A stretch of 64,000 nt of DNA from Hemiscyllium ocellatum (GCF_020745735.1 NW_026869307.1:62001-126000); one strand, 5' to 3'; numbered from the stretch's first letter, positions 1 through 13,822 are shown. Made by a program: numbers and translations. Notes: generated by a model not told the origin, from the sequence alone.

Positions 1-399
1 TGTGGCAACTTTACTTTTAGTTTTTGCCACATTAAATATTAATTCAGGAGCACCTTCAGCTCTCCTCCGTCTCGTACTTTCTTCAGAAAGTTACCAGTCA
101 GACTATGCTGCTTCTCCTTACCCATACTCGAAAATTCATTATCTCCACTTTGCTAAATTACACATGCCACTAACTTGTCCATATCCTGTTACAATCCATT
201 TTTCTATCATCGTGCTGCTGCTACTTGGACTTCATCAGCAAATTTTGAAATTTGATTCTGTAATCCAATATCTACGTCTTTAAATACAACAACAAAAATA
301 TGTTATTGACTGATTTATTTCACTGGTTTGGTTCCGGTCAGTGTTTCGATCTTCTACCTCTTCATATTGTATTGTTGTTCTGTTTAAATGTTGACGTTA

Positions 400-1620
400 A
401 AGGTATTTGTTTGTCATTGTAACCGATTAAAATAAGCAGGCTAATGCTTAAATGAAAATAGCAAGCAGAAAAATGCCATATAGCCGTTTAATTTATTTAT
501 TTATCTGCAGTTAGTCTATTCTGCTTGCAGAATCGATCATTCTTGGTGGAATATGTCTTCGTTGAGATTTTAAATGTGTTGCACTGCTTTTCATAATCTT
601 TTCATTTGAAATAACTTCCCAGTTCAACTTATCCAAACCTGTCTTTGCAATTTTGCAAGTGTCTTTTAGTTAAGTTTCAGACACAGGTTTTAGATAGAAG
701 ATTTTCATTTTCAAACCAAATGTGAAAATTCTTTATGGTATGATCACTTTCTGAGGTGGTTCGTTTATTGCAACATTATCAAACAACTTTTCTCATTCAA
801 TATGACGTGTACTAATTTAATCTGTTCCACAAAGTATTGTTCTTAGAAACTGTCATGAATACATCCCATGAACTGCTTCTGAATCAAGTAACCCCTCGTA
901 CTTTGCAATTTCAGACAAGAAAAATTGATTTACTCAGCCTCTCATCAATGGACACCCACTTCACCTCAGGGACAATTTATGGTAGGCTCACCATGCAGTC
1001 TCCAATATGAATGCACCCTACATTAAACCAAAAGCAAATAAATGTAGAGTCTGGAAACCTGAAACAAAAAACCTGCATACTGACTTTCTGTGTTGCTTGT
1101 GTAACTATACCCACACGGGTCTGAGCATCAGATTTACACCTGCCAAATTAAGATATCCATTTAAATTCACAGCAAAATCACCAACAATTATTGCAGTACT
1201 TTTTGTCCTATTCATGGTTTTACTTGACTTCTATGAAATTAGCTGCTGATCGGTGGACTATGAACTATGTCCACTTGCAACTTCTTCTCCTTATTATTTC
1301 TTATCTCATTCTCACAATTATTGCATATTTATATTCTCATCAAAAGTAATGTATCATGGTTGTACTGATCAACAATTTTTAACAGAACCAATACATCGCC
1401 TTTCGCTTTGATTCTCATCCTATTGTAATGTCACACACTCTTTCACATTCGATATCCAGTCTTGGTTACCTTGTAAACATGTCTCTGCATTGACTATCAA
1501 ATCATAGCTGTTTTCTTGCATTCATGTGATCAATTCATCAAGCCCGTTACAAACTCTGTCTACATTCAACTGAGGAGCCTTTAATCTGACTGTATGTTTT
1601 CATCTCGCTTTGCATAATCA
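400..1620 (-). mobile_element. Highly degenerate CR1 LINE ORF2 fragment (endonuclease and linker)
   Basis: Minus-strand remnants such as YDLIVNAETCLQGNQDW and AIIVGDF resemble the CR1 APE domain; many stops. Confidence 0.55.
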
Positions 1621-2499
1621 GAAAATTGAAATATACACTCTCTGTCTTGAATTATTTGAATAGGTTTGAAATACGTCACGTTTTTGCATGCAGTAATATC
1701 AGTCTTCCAAAGTTAAAAGGTTTGGGTTGAGCACACTGTTTGCTTCGTATCTGTTAAACAATTCTCTATCAATGTTAATGTAATATTCTGAACGCAAGTT
1801 CTTGGCTGTCACGTGACCTTTTGGAATTCCATTTGGAAATGCCGACACACGATAATTTGTGATTTCCCTGTCTTCTCCTTTGCAACACGAAACCTCCAGA
1901 CACTTTAAAATATTTGTCAAACATGGTATCTCTTTTGTCAAACTGTGCTGACTTATTCTCATCATACACCAAATTTCTAACTGATTTGTTTATACTTTAA
2001 TAATATATTCTGGAATTTTTTTTATAAGAAACGAGGCAGACCTTAACGTCCTGCAATTCCCTGTTTCCATTTTATTTTTCCTTGAATGTGAGATTGAATT
2101 TTTCATTTCTCAATCTGATGTGAATGGTTTTGGAAATAAGGAATTTTGTTTGAAAATAGCTAGGATAGATTTCTTCATTGCTTGTGAAAATTTCTGCATC
2201 TGCATTACCAATATTTACTTGAGCAAGTTCCTTTCTTTTTGTACACGACCTATTTTTATATTTTTAGCTATTTTACTTTTATTTGTTTCCATTTTATCAA
2301 CTTTTCGATGCTTCCTTCTTACTTATTGAGTCACCCCCACTTTTCAGTCGAGTTTTCATTCTTTGCAAAATACAGCCTCTTCAAAAATTTTAAACTATGT
2401 TTGTCTTTCTGAGTGAGCCGTGGATCATATTTCTTGCTGAGTTTTTATTATTCAATGAATTGAATTTTTAAAAAATTGTGATTTTGAATCCTACCTACT

Positions 2500-3230
2500 A
2501 TGCATAATATCGTCTTAATATTATTTCAATTATATAATCATCTATTTCTATCTCATTGTAACGTATTGCTTTGGATGAAGTTTGTGATTCTTGTCCGTGG
2601 CTACAATTATGAATCCTACCATGGAATTCAATGGAATTTATTGACACTATTTCCCAGCAGACATTACAATGTTAGTGCGACTTAATGATTTCTCGTTAGA
2701 CAACATTAAATCTATAATAACTTCATTCAGAGGCAGTTGTACTATATATTTCTGCCTGAAACTATCACAAAAATAAATTCTCGAAACTACTGTTCCAGAT
2801 CATTCAGAGCAATTCAATTGACGCTGCTTATGTAAAGATTAAATTCACCCATGATAAACGCATTTCCTTTATGACAATCTCAAAAGTGTTAGCTCAATGC
2901 TTGGTCCACAGTACACTTTCTATTATGGGTCCGACAAACTGCTCCTGCTATCAGTCTCTGACTCCTGATTTTTCCATTTACCGCGGAAGAGTGAGTCTGT
3001 TTCATGATTTTCTTACTTATTTTGTTACATTATCCTTTATGATCAGAGACAACCTCCTCTCTTACGACTCCGAACTCCCTTTAAAACGTGTGTACCCTGG
3101 AATGTTTATTTCTCAATCTTTGTCACCTTGTAGTAATATCTCAGTTGTAGCGCTCAAATCAATTCCATTTACAATACCTATATTTGTGCAACTAACATGT
3201 ATATTTTCTTGAAGATGCGTCATGCATTGA
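2500..3230 (-). mobile_element. Degenerate CR1 LINE endonuclease fragment
   Basis: IDLSATTEILLQGDKD*EINIPGYTRF and IMGEFNL remnants on the minus strand. Confidence 0.55.
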
Positions 3231-3633
3231 GAAGAAAAGAATCTTTAATTTCACTGTTTTACTTCTCATTCTCACAATGGCTGTATTCAGAGATGAAGCA
3301 CTAATTCTAAACCCATAGTCCCATACAGCTTTTTTTTTCTACCTACACCACTGTACTGTTCTAATGTCTCAATATGTTATTCTATCCCACTGGATTGCTA
3401 AAGTCTTGCTTCACCGTATTCCTGTCACTATTATACCTGATTATAGCTATCGTAACAGCTTTATCCAGGGCATTGGTCCCACTAATGTAAGTAGTACCCA
3501 CCGAAATTAAATTGCTTTGTGTTTAACAAATAATCAACATCCTCCCTTGTTGCAACAGCATCATTTGAGCCATGTGTTGAAGTCTCTCGTCTGCTGTATC
3601 CTATGCCAACAGTCGCCTGGCTTAGGTGACAAT

Positions 3634-3918
3634 TGATTAGATTAGATTAGACTTACAGTGTGGAAACAGGCCCTTCGGCCCAACAAGTCCACACCGACCC
3701 GCCGAAGCGCAACCCACCCAGGGCAATTTAGCTTGGCCAATTCACCTGACCCGCACATCTTTGTGACTGTGGGAGGAAACCGGAGCACCCGGAGGAAACC
3801 CACGCAGACACGGGGAGAACGTGCAAACTCCACACAGTCAGTCGCCTGAGTCGGGAATTGAACCCGGGTCTACAGGCGCTGTGAGGCAGCAGTGCTAACC
3901 ACTGTGCCACCGTGCTGC
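3634..3918 (-). mobile_element. tRNA-derived SINE, HE1-type, young copy
   Basis: A box TGGCACAGTGG, B box GGTTCAATTCCC, body shared with copies at 11.9 and 34.2 kb, (TCTAA)n tail. Confidence 0.9.
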
Positions 3919-4299
3919 ATAGATTATAACTTGATATCTGTTCCATTTTTAATTGAGGCATTTACTCCTAAAACTCTTACAGCATGACATCATTCCTTGT
4001 TACACATATGTCATTGATTTTCCCCTCTCACTGCAGGTTCCTTCTCAGTCATGAGGTGATGTCCTCAACCTGAGAACCAGGCAGATAACATTGCATTTGG
4101 AGCTCGAAGGATCAACTGTTAATGGGGATAATAATTTCCCAGTTTGTTCTGTACAAGTGTTTCAATTTAGCAATTTGTAAATATATTATTTTTGAATGAA
4201 TTTCAATTATGATGGTTCAGAATCAGAGGTTTCTCCTTTTTAGTTTATCTGGCCGATGTCAGGTCCAAGTTAATTACCAAAGCACAGCAAAATGCTGTG

Positions 4300-5495
4300 A
4301 TTATTTATGAAACTATGGGCAAGGCAAGGAAGTTAGTGTTGAGTTTACCCCATTCTGAATCCATACACATGAAAAATGTAACAGCCAGAAAAGAGTGCAG
4401 TGGTCATTTAGAATGGTGTCTGGGATGAAGACCTTCAATCAGTCTGGGTAGATTAGATAACTTTTGATTGTTTTCCACAGGGCAATCACAGAAAAGGGAA
4501 GATTTCTTAAAGTTGCTCACAATTATGAGAGGTTTCAATAAAGTAAGTAAAATATGTTTTCAGTTGTGGCTCTGTCAGTAACCAGACGAAACATTTATGA
4601 TTGCTAATAGAATAAGCCTGGGACGATGCCGATTTATGGAGACTTCTACTCTAGTTTGAAAAGCACTTCCTGAATATCTGGTAGAAGCAGAGTCAATGGA
4701 AAATTTAAAAATGAAGTGGATATTTCCTCATAAATACAGAAACACAAGTTCAAGGACAAAATGTGAGGAACTGGGCTGATTGTTTTTTTTTGTTTCTAAT
4801 GACTTAAAGAACCGTAATAGCCCTCTTCAATCTGCAAATGAATCAACCTTCCCAAATTATTGCAATACATCTTGCCATTCCTTCCTAACTGGTTTTCTCT
4901 GAAGAAAGGTTGCCACCCTACCGGCTGTTGAGCTTCATCCTCTACCACAGCATGTCTCCCAACACTTAAAGGAAAGAAGAGATCCCTAAGTTAAATTCAA
5001 ATTACGAAAACACCCACAAATGTAAGCACAAATATTTACATATGTTGCCACTTACTCAGATGAAGTTCATTCGATTGACACCTGGATGGAATGGGTTGTC
5101 TTATGTGGATCAGTTGGATGGGCAAGGCTTCTTTCCATTGGGTATTGGAAGAAAGAGGCGCAACTTTATTGCATGTATCAGATCGTGGAACATTTTGACG
5201 AAGTGGATATAGGGAGAATGTTATCATATGAGTGAATCCTGAACCATGGGATACAGTTTACCAATAAAATGTTGTCCTTCGTGGACAGAGACATGGAGGC
5301 TTTTCTGTTTTCTTAGTAGATTGTACCAGTGTGGAACTCCCTGCTCCTGAATATTGTGGTGGTCGCATGATTAAATATTTAAAGGCAAATTTACTTAGAT
5401 TCTTGTTTGACAAGGGGAATGAAATTTTACTTGTGGATAGTTGGGAATGTAGAATTACAAGCATTAACTGCTTTACCATAGCTTTATTGAATGAT
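4300..5495 (+). mobile_element. Two degenerate CR1 3' fragments
   Basis: Similarity to the CR1 RT C-terminus and 3' end seen in better-preserved copies in this window. Confidence 0.5.
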
Positions 5496-5496
5496 G

Positions 5497-8400
5497 GAAC
5501 ATAGAACATTGAACATAGAACAATACAGCACAGAACAGGCCCTTTGGCCCACGATGTTGTGCCGAACATTTGTCCTAGCTTAAGCAACTATCCATGTACC
5601 TATCCAATTGCCTCTTGAAGGTCACCAATAATTTGACTCCGCCACTCCCACAGGCAGCACATTCCATGCCCCCACCACACTTTGGGTAAAGAACCTACCC
5701 CTGACTACCCTGTATTCCGCATTCTTATTTGTTCTTCCAAAATGGACAACCTCACACTTGAACGAGTTGAACTCCATCTGCCACTCCTCAATCCAGCTCT
5801 GCATCATGTCTAAGTACCTTTGCAGCCGACAACAGCCTTCCTCACTATCCACAACTCCACCAATCTTCGTATCGTCTGCAAATTTACTGAATCACCCTTC
5901 GAATCCTTCTTTCAAGTCATTAATAAAAATTACTAACAGCAGAGGATCCAAATCTGATCCCTGCCGAACTCCACTTGTAACTGGGCTCCTGGCTGAATAT
6001 TTACCATCTACCACTACTCTCTGACTTCGACTGGTTAGCCAGTTCTCTATCCAACTGACCAAATTTCCCACTATCCCATGCATCCTGACTTTCCGCATAA
6101 GCCTACCATGGGGAACCTTATCAAATGCCTTACTAAAATCCATGTACACTACATCCACTGCTCTACCCTCATCCACATGCTTGGTCAACTCCTCAAAGAA
6201 TTCAATAAGACTTGTAAGGCAAGACCTACCCTTCACAAATCTGTGCTGGCTGTCCCTAATCAAGCAGTATCTTTCCAGATGCTCATAAATCCTATCCCTC
6301 AGTACCCTTTCTATTACTTTGCCTACCACCAAAGTAAGACTAACTGGCCTGTAATTCCTAGGGTTATCCCTATTCTCTTTTTTGAACAGGGGCACAACAT
6401 TCGCCACTCTCCAGTCCCCTGGCACAACACTGTTGACAGTGAAGACGAAAAGATCATTGCCAACGGCTCTGCAATTTCCTCTCTTGCTTCCCACATAATC
6501 CTAGGATATATCCCGTCAAACCTGGGGGACTTGTCTATCCTCAAGTTTTTCAAAATGCCCAACACATCTTCCTTCCTGACAAGTATCTCCTCGAGCTTAC
6601 GAGTCCGTTTCATACTCTCCTCTTCGACAATACGATCCCTCTCATTTGTAAATACTGAAGAAAAGTACTCATTTAAGACCTCTCCTACCTCTTCCGACTC
6701 AATACACAGTCTCCCACTCCTGTCCTTGATCGGACCTACCCTCGTTCTCGTCATTCTCATGTTTCTCACATAGGCATAAAAGGCCTTGGGGTTATCCTTG
6801 ATCGTACCCTCCAAAGATTTTTCATGCCCTCTCTTAGCTCTCCTAATCCCTTTCTTCAGCTCTCTCCTGGCTATCCTGTATCCCTTCAATATTCTGTCTG
6901 AACCTTGTTTCCTCAATCTTTTGTAAGCCTCCTTCTTCCTCTTTACTAGACATTCAATCTCCCTCGTCAACCAAGGTTCCCTCACATGACCATCTCTTTC
7001 TTGCCTGACAGGTACATACATTTCAAGGACACGTCATATCTGTTCCTTGAAAAAGTTCCACATTTCAACGACATCCTTCCCTGACAGCCTATGCTCCCAA
7101 ATTATGCTCCTCAGATCCAGTCTTGCAGCATCTTATTTACCATTCCCCAAATTGTAAAACCTACCCTGTTGCACGCATCTATCTCTCTCCATAACCAAGA
7201 TGAAAGTCACAGAATTGTGGTCACCATAACCAAAATGTTCACCCACTAACAAGCCCATCACTTGTCCTGGTTCGTTACCAAGTACCAAATCCAATATGGC
7301 CTCCCCTCTGGTCGGACAATCTACATACTGAATGAGAAAAGCTTCCTGGACATACTGCACAAAAACAGCCCCGTCCAATCTACTTGATCTAAAGAGCTTC
7401 CAATCAATATTTGGGAAGTTGTAATCGCCCATGACGACTACCCTGTGGCTTCTGTACCTTTCCAAAATCTATTTCCTGATGTGTTTCTCCACATCTCTGC
7501 TGCTATTGAGGGGCCTATAGTAAACACCCAACAAGGTGACTGCTCCTTTCCTATTTCTGACTTCAGCCCATACCAACTCCAAAGGCAGATTACCCTCGAA
7601 CTGCCTTTCTGCAGCCATTATACCGTTTCTAATTAGCAACGCCACACCCTCTCCTTTTTTTTTACCACCCTCCCTAATCTTACTGAAACACCTATAACCA
7701 GGAACCTCCAACAACCATTCCTGTCCCTCTTCTATTCACGTTTTCCTGATGGCCACAACATCGTAGTCCCAAGTACTGATTCATGCCGTAAGTTCACCCA
7801 CCTTATTTCTGATACTCCTTGCGTTGAAGTATACACACTTGAACCCATCTCTGTGTCCGCAAAACATCCTGAAAAACAGCTAACCTGCTTGCTGGACTAC
7901 AAGTCCAGATCCCATCCCCATGCTAAATTTGTTTAACACCCCCCCCCCCCCCGCGAAGAGTGCTAGCAAACCTACCTCCCAGGATATTGATGCCCTTCTG
8001 GTTCAGGTGCAAGCCGTCCTGCTTGTACAGGTCCCACCTTCCCCAGAATGCAGTCCAATTGTCCAAATACCTGAAACCCCCCCTCCTACACCATCCTTGC
8101 AGCCACGTGTTCAACTGCACTCTCTCTCTATTCCTTGCCTCACTGTCACGTGGCACCTGCAACAACCCAGAGATGACGACTCTGTCCGTCCTAGCTTTTA
8201 GCTTCCAACCTAACTCCCTGAGCTCCTGAATGACCTCCCCACCTCTCTTCGTTGGTGCCAATGTGCACCACAACTTCTGGCAGCGCACCCTCTCCCTTAA
8301 GGATTCTGAAGACACGGTCCGAGACATCTCAGATCCTGGCATCAGGGATGCAACAAACCAACCAAGAGTCTCGCCCATGTGCACAGAACCGCCTATCTGT

Positions 8401-8745
8401 CCCTCTAACTATAGAGTGTCCTATAACTAACACTCATCTCCTCTCCCCCTTTCCCTTCTGAGCCTCAGAGCCGGACCTCGTGCCAGAGACCCGATCACTG
8501 CAGCTTACCCCTGCTCGACCGTCCCCCCAAATAGTAGCCAAAGCGGTAGATTTATTGTTGAGGGAAACGACCACAGGGGATCCCTGCACTGCCTGCTTCT
8601 TCCCCTTCCCACCTCTAACTGTTACCCAGCTACCTCTGTTCTCTGGCGTAACTATGTCCCTGCAGCTTCTATCTATCACCCTCTCAGCCTCTCGAATAAT
8701 TCTCAGTTCATCCGATTTCACTTCCCCGGAATTGACGGGAGAGAT
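5497..8745 (-). mobile_element. CR1 LINE, partial ORF1 (SGNH esterase-like) plus frameshifted ORF2 (APE-RT), with an internal deletion near 5710
   Basis: ORF pieces: WTAFWGRWDLYKQDGLHLN (ORF1), VVVMGDYNFP and LDLVLGNEP (APE), NYRPVSLT, YMDFSKAFDKVPH, FADDTKIGG (RT); (CTATGTT)n-like tail at 5497-5525. Confidence 0.95.
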
Positions 8746-8922
8746 GGGAACGATTGAATGGTCTATTGTCCTTTAATTCATATACATGCTTGTGTGACTA
8801 ATTTACTAAGTGCTCAAGCTACATCATTGGCCTGCATTACCAAGTGTTACAGCTCAGTTAGGAGTATACTATTTTCACAAATCCGGTCTTGGTACTACTC
8901 ACAACAGAGCAGACCTTTCCTC

Positions 8923-8981
8923 TTATCGGATTTTAATTTGACAATCTAGTTTGCATTGCGAAATTACTTCAAATTTAGCGC
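8923..8981 (-). CDS. Module C candidate terminal exon: short tail GAKFEVISQCKLDCQIKIR*
   Basis: Strong acceptor ctcttttatttacttccag 300 nt downstream of the TM donor, phase 1 compatible, stop after 19 residues, no Tyr. Confidence 0.6.
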
Positions 8982-9281
8982 CTGGAAGTAAATAAAAGAG
9001 TTTGGATATCACTTCAAAACTTCTAACTTTAGAATAGGAAGGTCACGTATAAATCGAGTGGACAGTTCGAATGAGGGGATGAAATAAATCCACTCTATAT
9101 TGTTATGTCGTATGGCTAATCACATAACTATTTGTGATATCCGCTTCATCCTTCAAAGGTGTAGGAAAGTGCTCACATTTTCTCCGCAGATAATCACGAC
9201 ACACCTGCACTTTGCGACTTCAAACGAGGATGATTGGGCCTTGGAAATTAAAAATATTCAGTGAAATAACGAACGTCTTAC

Positions 9282-9380
9282 CAGCTGATGCCTTTAACTC
9301 GAGTCTTGTCAAAATTATTACCAATAGTAAAATTGCCAGCGTGCCAACTGCCCACCTAGAGGTCAGCAGATAATCTTTCC
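9282..9380 (-). CDS. Module C exon: transmembrane with Arg (GKDYLLTSRWAVGTLAILLLVIILTRLELKASA)
   Basis: 99 nt phase 1/1, acceptor ctgtag, donor GCTG|gtaaga. Exon end and the first 40 nt of the downstream intron are clearly homologous to the gene A TM exon. Confidence 0.82.
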
Positions 9381-9849
9381 CTACAGGATCAATAACATTT
9401 GAATAAGAAACTGCAAAGCACAAGATTTAGACACTGAGAATCGAGGTTGGGCCCAAGACCAGCTGCAAAGTACTGTCCCAGAAGGATCCCGTCCATATAT
9501 GTGAATAGGGGCTGATCCCTTTTATTTCAACCGTGTGATATGTGTTCAAGGATTATACTGTCGGTCACATGAAAAATCAGTAATACAATTATTGGAGGGA
9601 ACAGTTCCACAGAGATTTGGGAATCTTCACTTTGCGTTGCTTCTTAAGAAGAAAATATATTTTATGAAACTCGCCAATTTATATCAACACCTGCTGCAAA
9701 ACTGTCAAATTCTTACCTTCAGCAGATTTAATGCAGATTGCCTCCTGTAACATTTGGCACTTAATGCGTGCATCTTGCAATTATGTAACTCCTTTAACAT
9801 GACCAGGCGTCCAACGCATTCCAGGGGTCCGTTATCAATACAATCCAGC

Positions 9850-11090
9850 CACATAGAGCAGATTAGAACAAATGGATCAGAAACAGAAATTTCTGGAGAA
9901 AGTCAACTGGTCTGGCAGCATCTCGTGGCGAGCGAAACCGAGTTAACTTTTCGAGTCCAGTGATTTTATTTTCAAACTGATAGCAGCTCGGAAAAAAGTG
10001 ATATATATGATGAAGACAAAGTTTGTAGTGTGGGGAGTATGGGTGGGGAAACGAGTGAGTGGATTGGCAGAGATGGAACCAAAAGAGATGGAATAACATG
10101 TGCACAGACAAAGGGAAGAAAAGAATGCTGGCAATGTGGAATATAACCAGATTCTAACGAGGTGACTGCCCTGAAAGCAGTTCATGTCCTTAGTAAGACC
10201 TCGAGCGTGAGAGTAGGCAAAGGCCATAAAAGAAGGTATTCAGGCCCTAAAATTGTTGAATTCGGCATCATGAGTCCTGAAGGCAACAAGGTCCCCAAGC
10301 AGCAAATGAGATTAGGTTCTTTTAGCTTGCACCTGAGGCTTGCTGGAAAACTGCAGCAAGCCCGAGACAGAAGTGTTGGCCAGGGAACATGGTACTGGCT
10401 TGTATTGACAGGCAACTGAAAGCTAGATGTCATTTTTGAGGACAGAATGAAGATTATTTGCAAAGGAATTGCCCAGTCTGTGTTTTCTGTCCCCAGTGTA
10501 GAAGAGACAGCATTGCCTCTAAACTGCTGAAGCCAGATGTCAACTGGAGGACACCACTTCCTACCACCCCCTCCACCATGACTCCACTCCCATCACCAAA
10601 CCATCATCTCCCAGACCATATAGAACCTCATCACCTCAGGAGATCTCCCACCCACAGCTTCCAACCTCATAGTCCAGGAACCCTGCCCTGCCCGGTTCAA
10701 CCCCATTCCCAAGGTCCACAAGTCTGACCACCCTGGCCGACCCATTGTCTCAGCATGCTCCTGTCCCACTGAACTCATTCATACCTACCTCAACACTGTC
10801 ATATCCCCACAGTCCAGGAACTCTCCACATATGTTCGAGACTCCACCCACGCCCTTCACCTCCTCCAAGACTTCCATTTCCCCGGCCCTCAATGCCTCAT
10901 CTTCACCATGGTTATTCAGTCCCTCTACACCTCCATCCGCCATTACCAGGGTCTCCAAGCCCTCCGTTTCTTTCTCTCCCGAAGTCCCGAACAGTACCCT
11001 CCCACTGACACTCTCATTCGTTTGGCTGAACTTGTCCTCACCCTTACCGTGGCAGACTCATTATTTCTGCCTGTTACTGCCATACAGGGC
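9850..11090 (+). mobile_element. Penelope-like element remnants (terminal repeat piece plus RT fragment)
   Basis: PKVHKSDHPGRPIVSACSCPTELI-type RT remnant at about 10700-10780 and a recurrent terminal-repeat sequence at 9870-9965. Confidence 0.7.
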
Positions 11091-11894
11091 TTATCTCTCC
11101 CTATCTTGACTCAATGTTTTTTCTCCTTCTCAGGTCCATTCCCACTTACATCCATGATACAAAGCTTAACTGGTCTCGACAGTGTAAATGAGCAAAGGAT
11201 CTGTCCGAAGGCAGATGCTCTCAAACTGGAGAACACAGTTTTGGACCAAATAGCAAATGATTTAGGACTGAGGTGAAGAGGAACCTCTTCAACTAGAGGG
11301 TGGTGAATCTTTGGAATTCTCCATCCCAGAATGATAGAAAAGTTCAGTCACTGATAGTATGAAATACTGAGATCAGCAAATATGCAGAGGTTAAATTGTA
11401 TGTAAATAGTGTAGAAAATAGCGCTGATGAAGATCAATCATAAACTAGTCGAATGGCAGAGCATGTTCGCGGGTCTCAATGTCTATCCCTGCTCCAGGTG
11501 ATCATGTTTCTTTGTAACCTATTTAGGAATTGAAAACATTACCTTGTAGCTGTCTAAATCTGTTACGCTTTGTATGCCTGGATCCAAAGAAAGGGAATTC
11601 ATGGAATGCTTACAGGATGGCTTTTGGGAACAGATTGTCATGGAGCCCACAAGGAAGCAGGCTATTCTGGACGATTCTCCTTGTCAACCTTTTGCCTTTG
11701 CCTGAAGTGTGGAGATGCTCAGGTTAAAACTACCATCACCTGTCTCTCTCTAATGAGAGCCAACCCTGCGGTCTGGTAGACTATGGCGACTTGTTGCTCT
11801 GTCTGATCTTCCCCTCAGATGCTGTAAATTCAATGCTTTGCAAAGAATTTCATTTATTCCTTTATGCCCCCATCTCAATGAATTTCAGGCAGAA

Positions 11895-12255
11895 CTTGGG
11901 ATCACGATGGCTCTGTGCTTATTACAGCTGCCTCACATTGGCAGGAACCCGTGTTCGATTCCAACCTTTTGTAACTGTCTGTGTGGAGTCTGCATGTTCT
12001 CCCCATGTCAGTGTGGCTTTCTGCTAGCTTACCCAGTTTCTTTCCCACAATCCAAGGACGTGCAAATTCAGTCGATTGGCTATGCTAAACTGCCAATATT
12101 GTTGAGGAATGTCTAGGTTAACTGCATTAGCCAACGGAAATGCAGAGTAAAACACAGTTTGGATAGAGGGATAGGTCTGAATGGGATGCTGTTCATTGGG
12201 TTGGTGTGGACTTGTTAGCCTGAATGGCCTGTTTCCACATTGTGGGGATTGTATG
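11895..12255 (+). mobile_element. HE1-type SINE, older copy, absent from duplication copy 2
   Basis: Same body as 3634-3918 in reverse orientation; its flanks join directly in the paralog near 45005. Confidence 0.8.
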
Positions 12256-12689
12256 AAATGATGTTTAACTCTGGGGCAGGAGTCTCCATGCTGCTCCCAT
12301 GACTCTTTCACCCATTTCCAAGTGTCCCCTGTACCTGGTTCCCTCCACACACTCTTTTAGCTTGATCTCTTCATTGAGAATGGCCAACTTGACATTGGCT
12401 ACTTAATTTATCTGCTCCTCTAAAATAATTTAAATTTGCATTCCTTTGAATTTACTGCACTTCATACTCTCTGTTCTAACCTTGAATTCATTATCCCATT
12501 TGCTGATAAGAATTGTGGTGTTCCCATCTCGCTGGAATATGTGAACACCAACTTTCAGACACATCCTCTTATCTGATTCTGGTTCATGGTTCCACAGAGG
12601 TCCCACAGAACATCAAGCTGTTATTTTTGGGATGGTTGTTAACCTCATCTTCCCTAGTTATCTACCTTCCACAGTTCAGGATGAAAACT

Positions 12690-13680
12690 GTAACTATTGA
12701 AGCGTGACAGGATTCAGTGTTGTGGCCACAAATGTGCACAGTATATATTAATGGCTTAGATGTGGAAATAAATGTTCTACAGCCAGGTACGCAGATAGCA
12801 CAAAAACAGTTGGGAAGACAAGCCATTAGGATGACACAGAATTTGCAGAGGAATATAAACAGGTTACATGATTGGGCAATAATTTCAAAAAAGTGAAGTT
12901 ATTCACTCTGCCAACATGTATAGAAGAGCTGAATATTATGTAAGTGGAAAAAGACTGAAAAAACCTATGGAACAAAGAGATTTTTGAGAGCTTGTTGATG
13001 AATGTCACACACACATACACATACACACAAATTAGAATCTGAGTTGAAAAGTTAATATGGAAGGCAAATAGAATGTTACTCTTTATTTCAAAGAAATCGA
13101 GCAGATATGTAGGGAGATCTGCTAAAACTATACAAGACACTTATCAGACCACAAGCGGATTTCTGTGAACAAATTTATTCCTATTATCTAAGGAAAGATA
13201 TATAGGCATTGGAGGTAGTCTAGTAAAGGTTCACTAAGTTGATACCAGGTATGGAGGAATTGTCTTCTGAATACAAGTCGAGTAGGTTGAACTTAGAGTG
13301 AGAGGCAATCTTATTGAAATATAGAAGATTCTTATGGGATCTGGCAAGTTAAATCTTGAAACGATGTTTGCTCTTGTGGGAAAGTCCAGGTAGAGGGTAC
13401 AATCTAAGAATCAGAGGTTGCACATTTAGGACAAAGATATGAAGGAATTTCTTCTAACCGTAGTGAATCTGTGGAATTCCTTCCTACAGAGAGCTGTAAA
13501 AGCTAGGTGTTTAGTGATATCCAGACCTGAGGTAGATATATTTTTTAAATGGGAAATAGAATCAAGGATTACGGCGAAAAGGCAGGAAAGTGAAGATGAA
13601 GATCATTACATCAGCCATGACCTCATTGAAAGTGAAGCAGACTTGTCGTACTGAATGGCCCACTTCTGCTCCAGTTTGTG
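12690..13680 (+). mobile_element. Degenerate CR1 RT/3' fragment shared with copy 2 (about 45420-46270)
   Basis: CR1-like RT and 3' remnants present in both duplication copies. Confidence 0.6.
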
Positions 13681-13749
13681 TACTGGGCATATGTTTTATG
13701 AGTTTCACTCTGAGTACCCTCACAGTGTACGCTTTTATCTCTTTACCAC

Positions 13750-13822
13750 GCCTCCTCTCTCTCTCTCACTCTCTCTGTCTCTTTCGCTGTCTGTCTCTCT
13801 CTTTATCTCTCTCTCTCTCACA
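13750..13822. repeat. Imperfect (CT)n microsatellite
   Basis: Direct reading. Confidence 0.85.

Noticed and set aside
1699-1972. Cys-containing 88-aa and 65-aa ORFs considered as an Ig exon
   Set aside because: No Ig Cys/Trp spacing and no splice signals; they lie between degenerate CR1 pieces.
3860-3918. tRNA gene
   Set aside because: The A and B boxes belong to a SINE head; no complete cloverleaf.
9717-9850. Strong donor (GAAG|gtaaga at 9716) at about the distance expected for module C's C1 exon
   Set aside because: The upstream frame has a stop and no convincing C1 or V motif; at best a heavily decayed remnant. Needs alignment.
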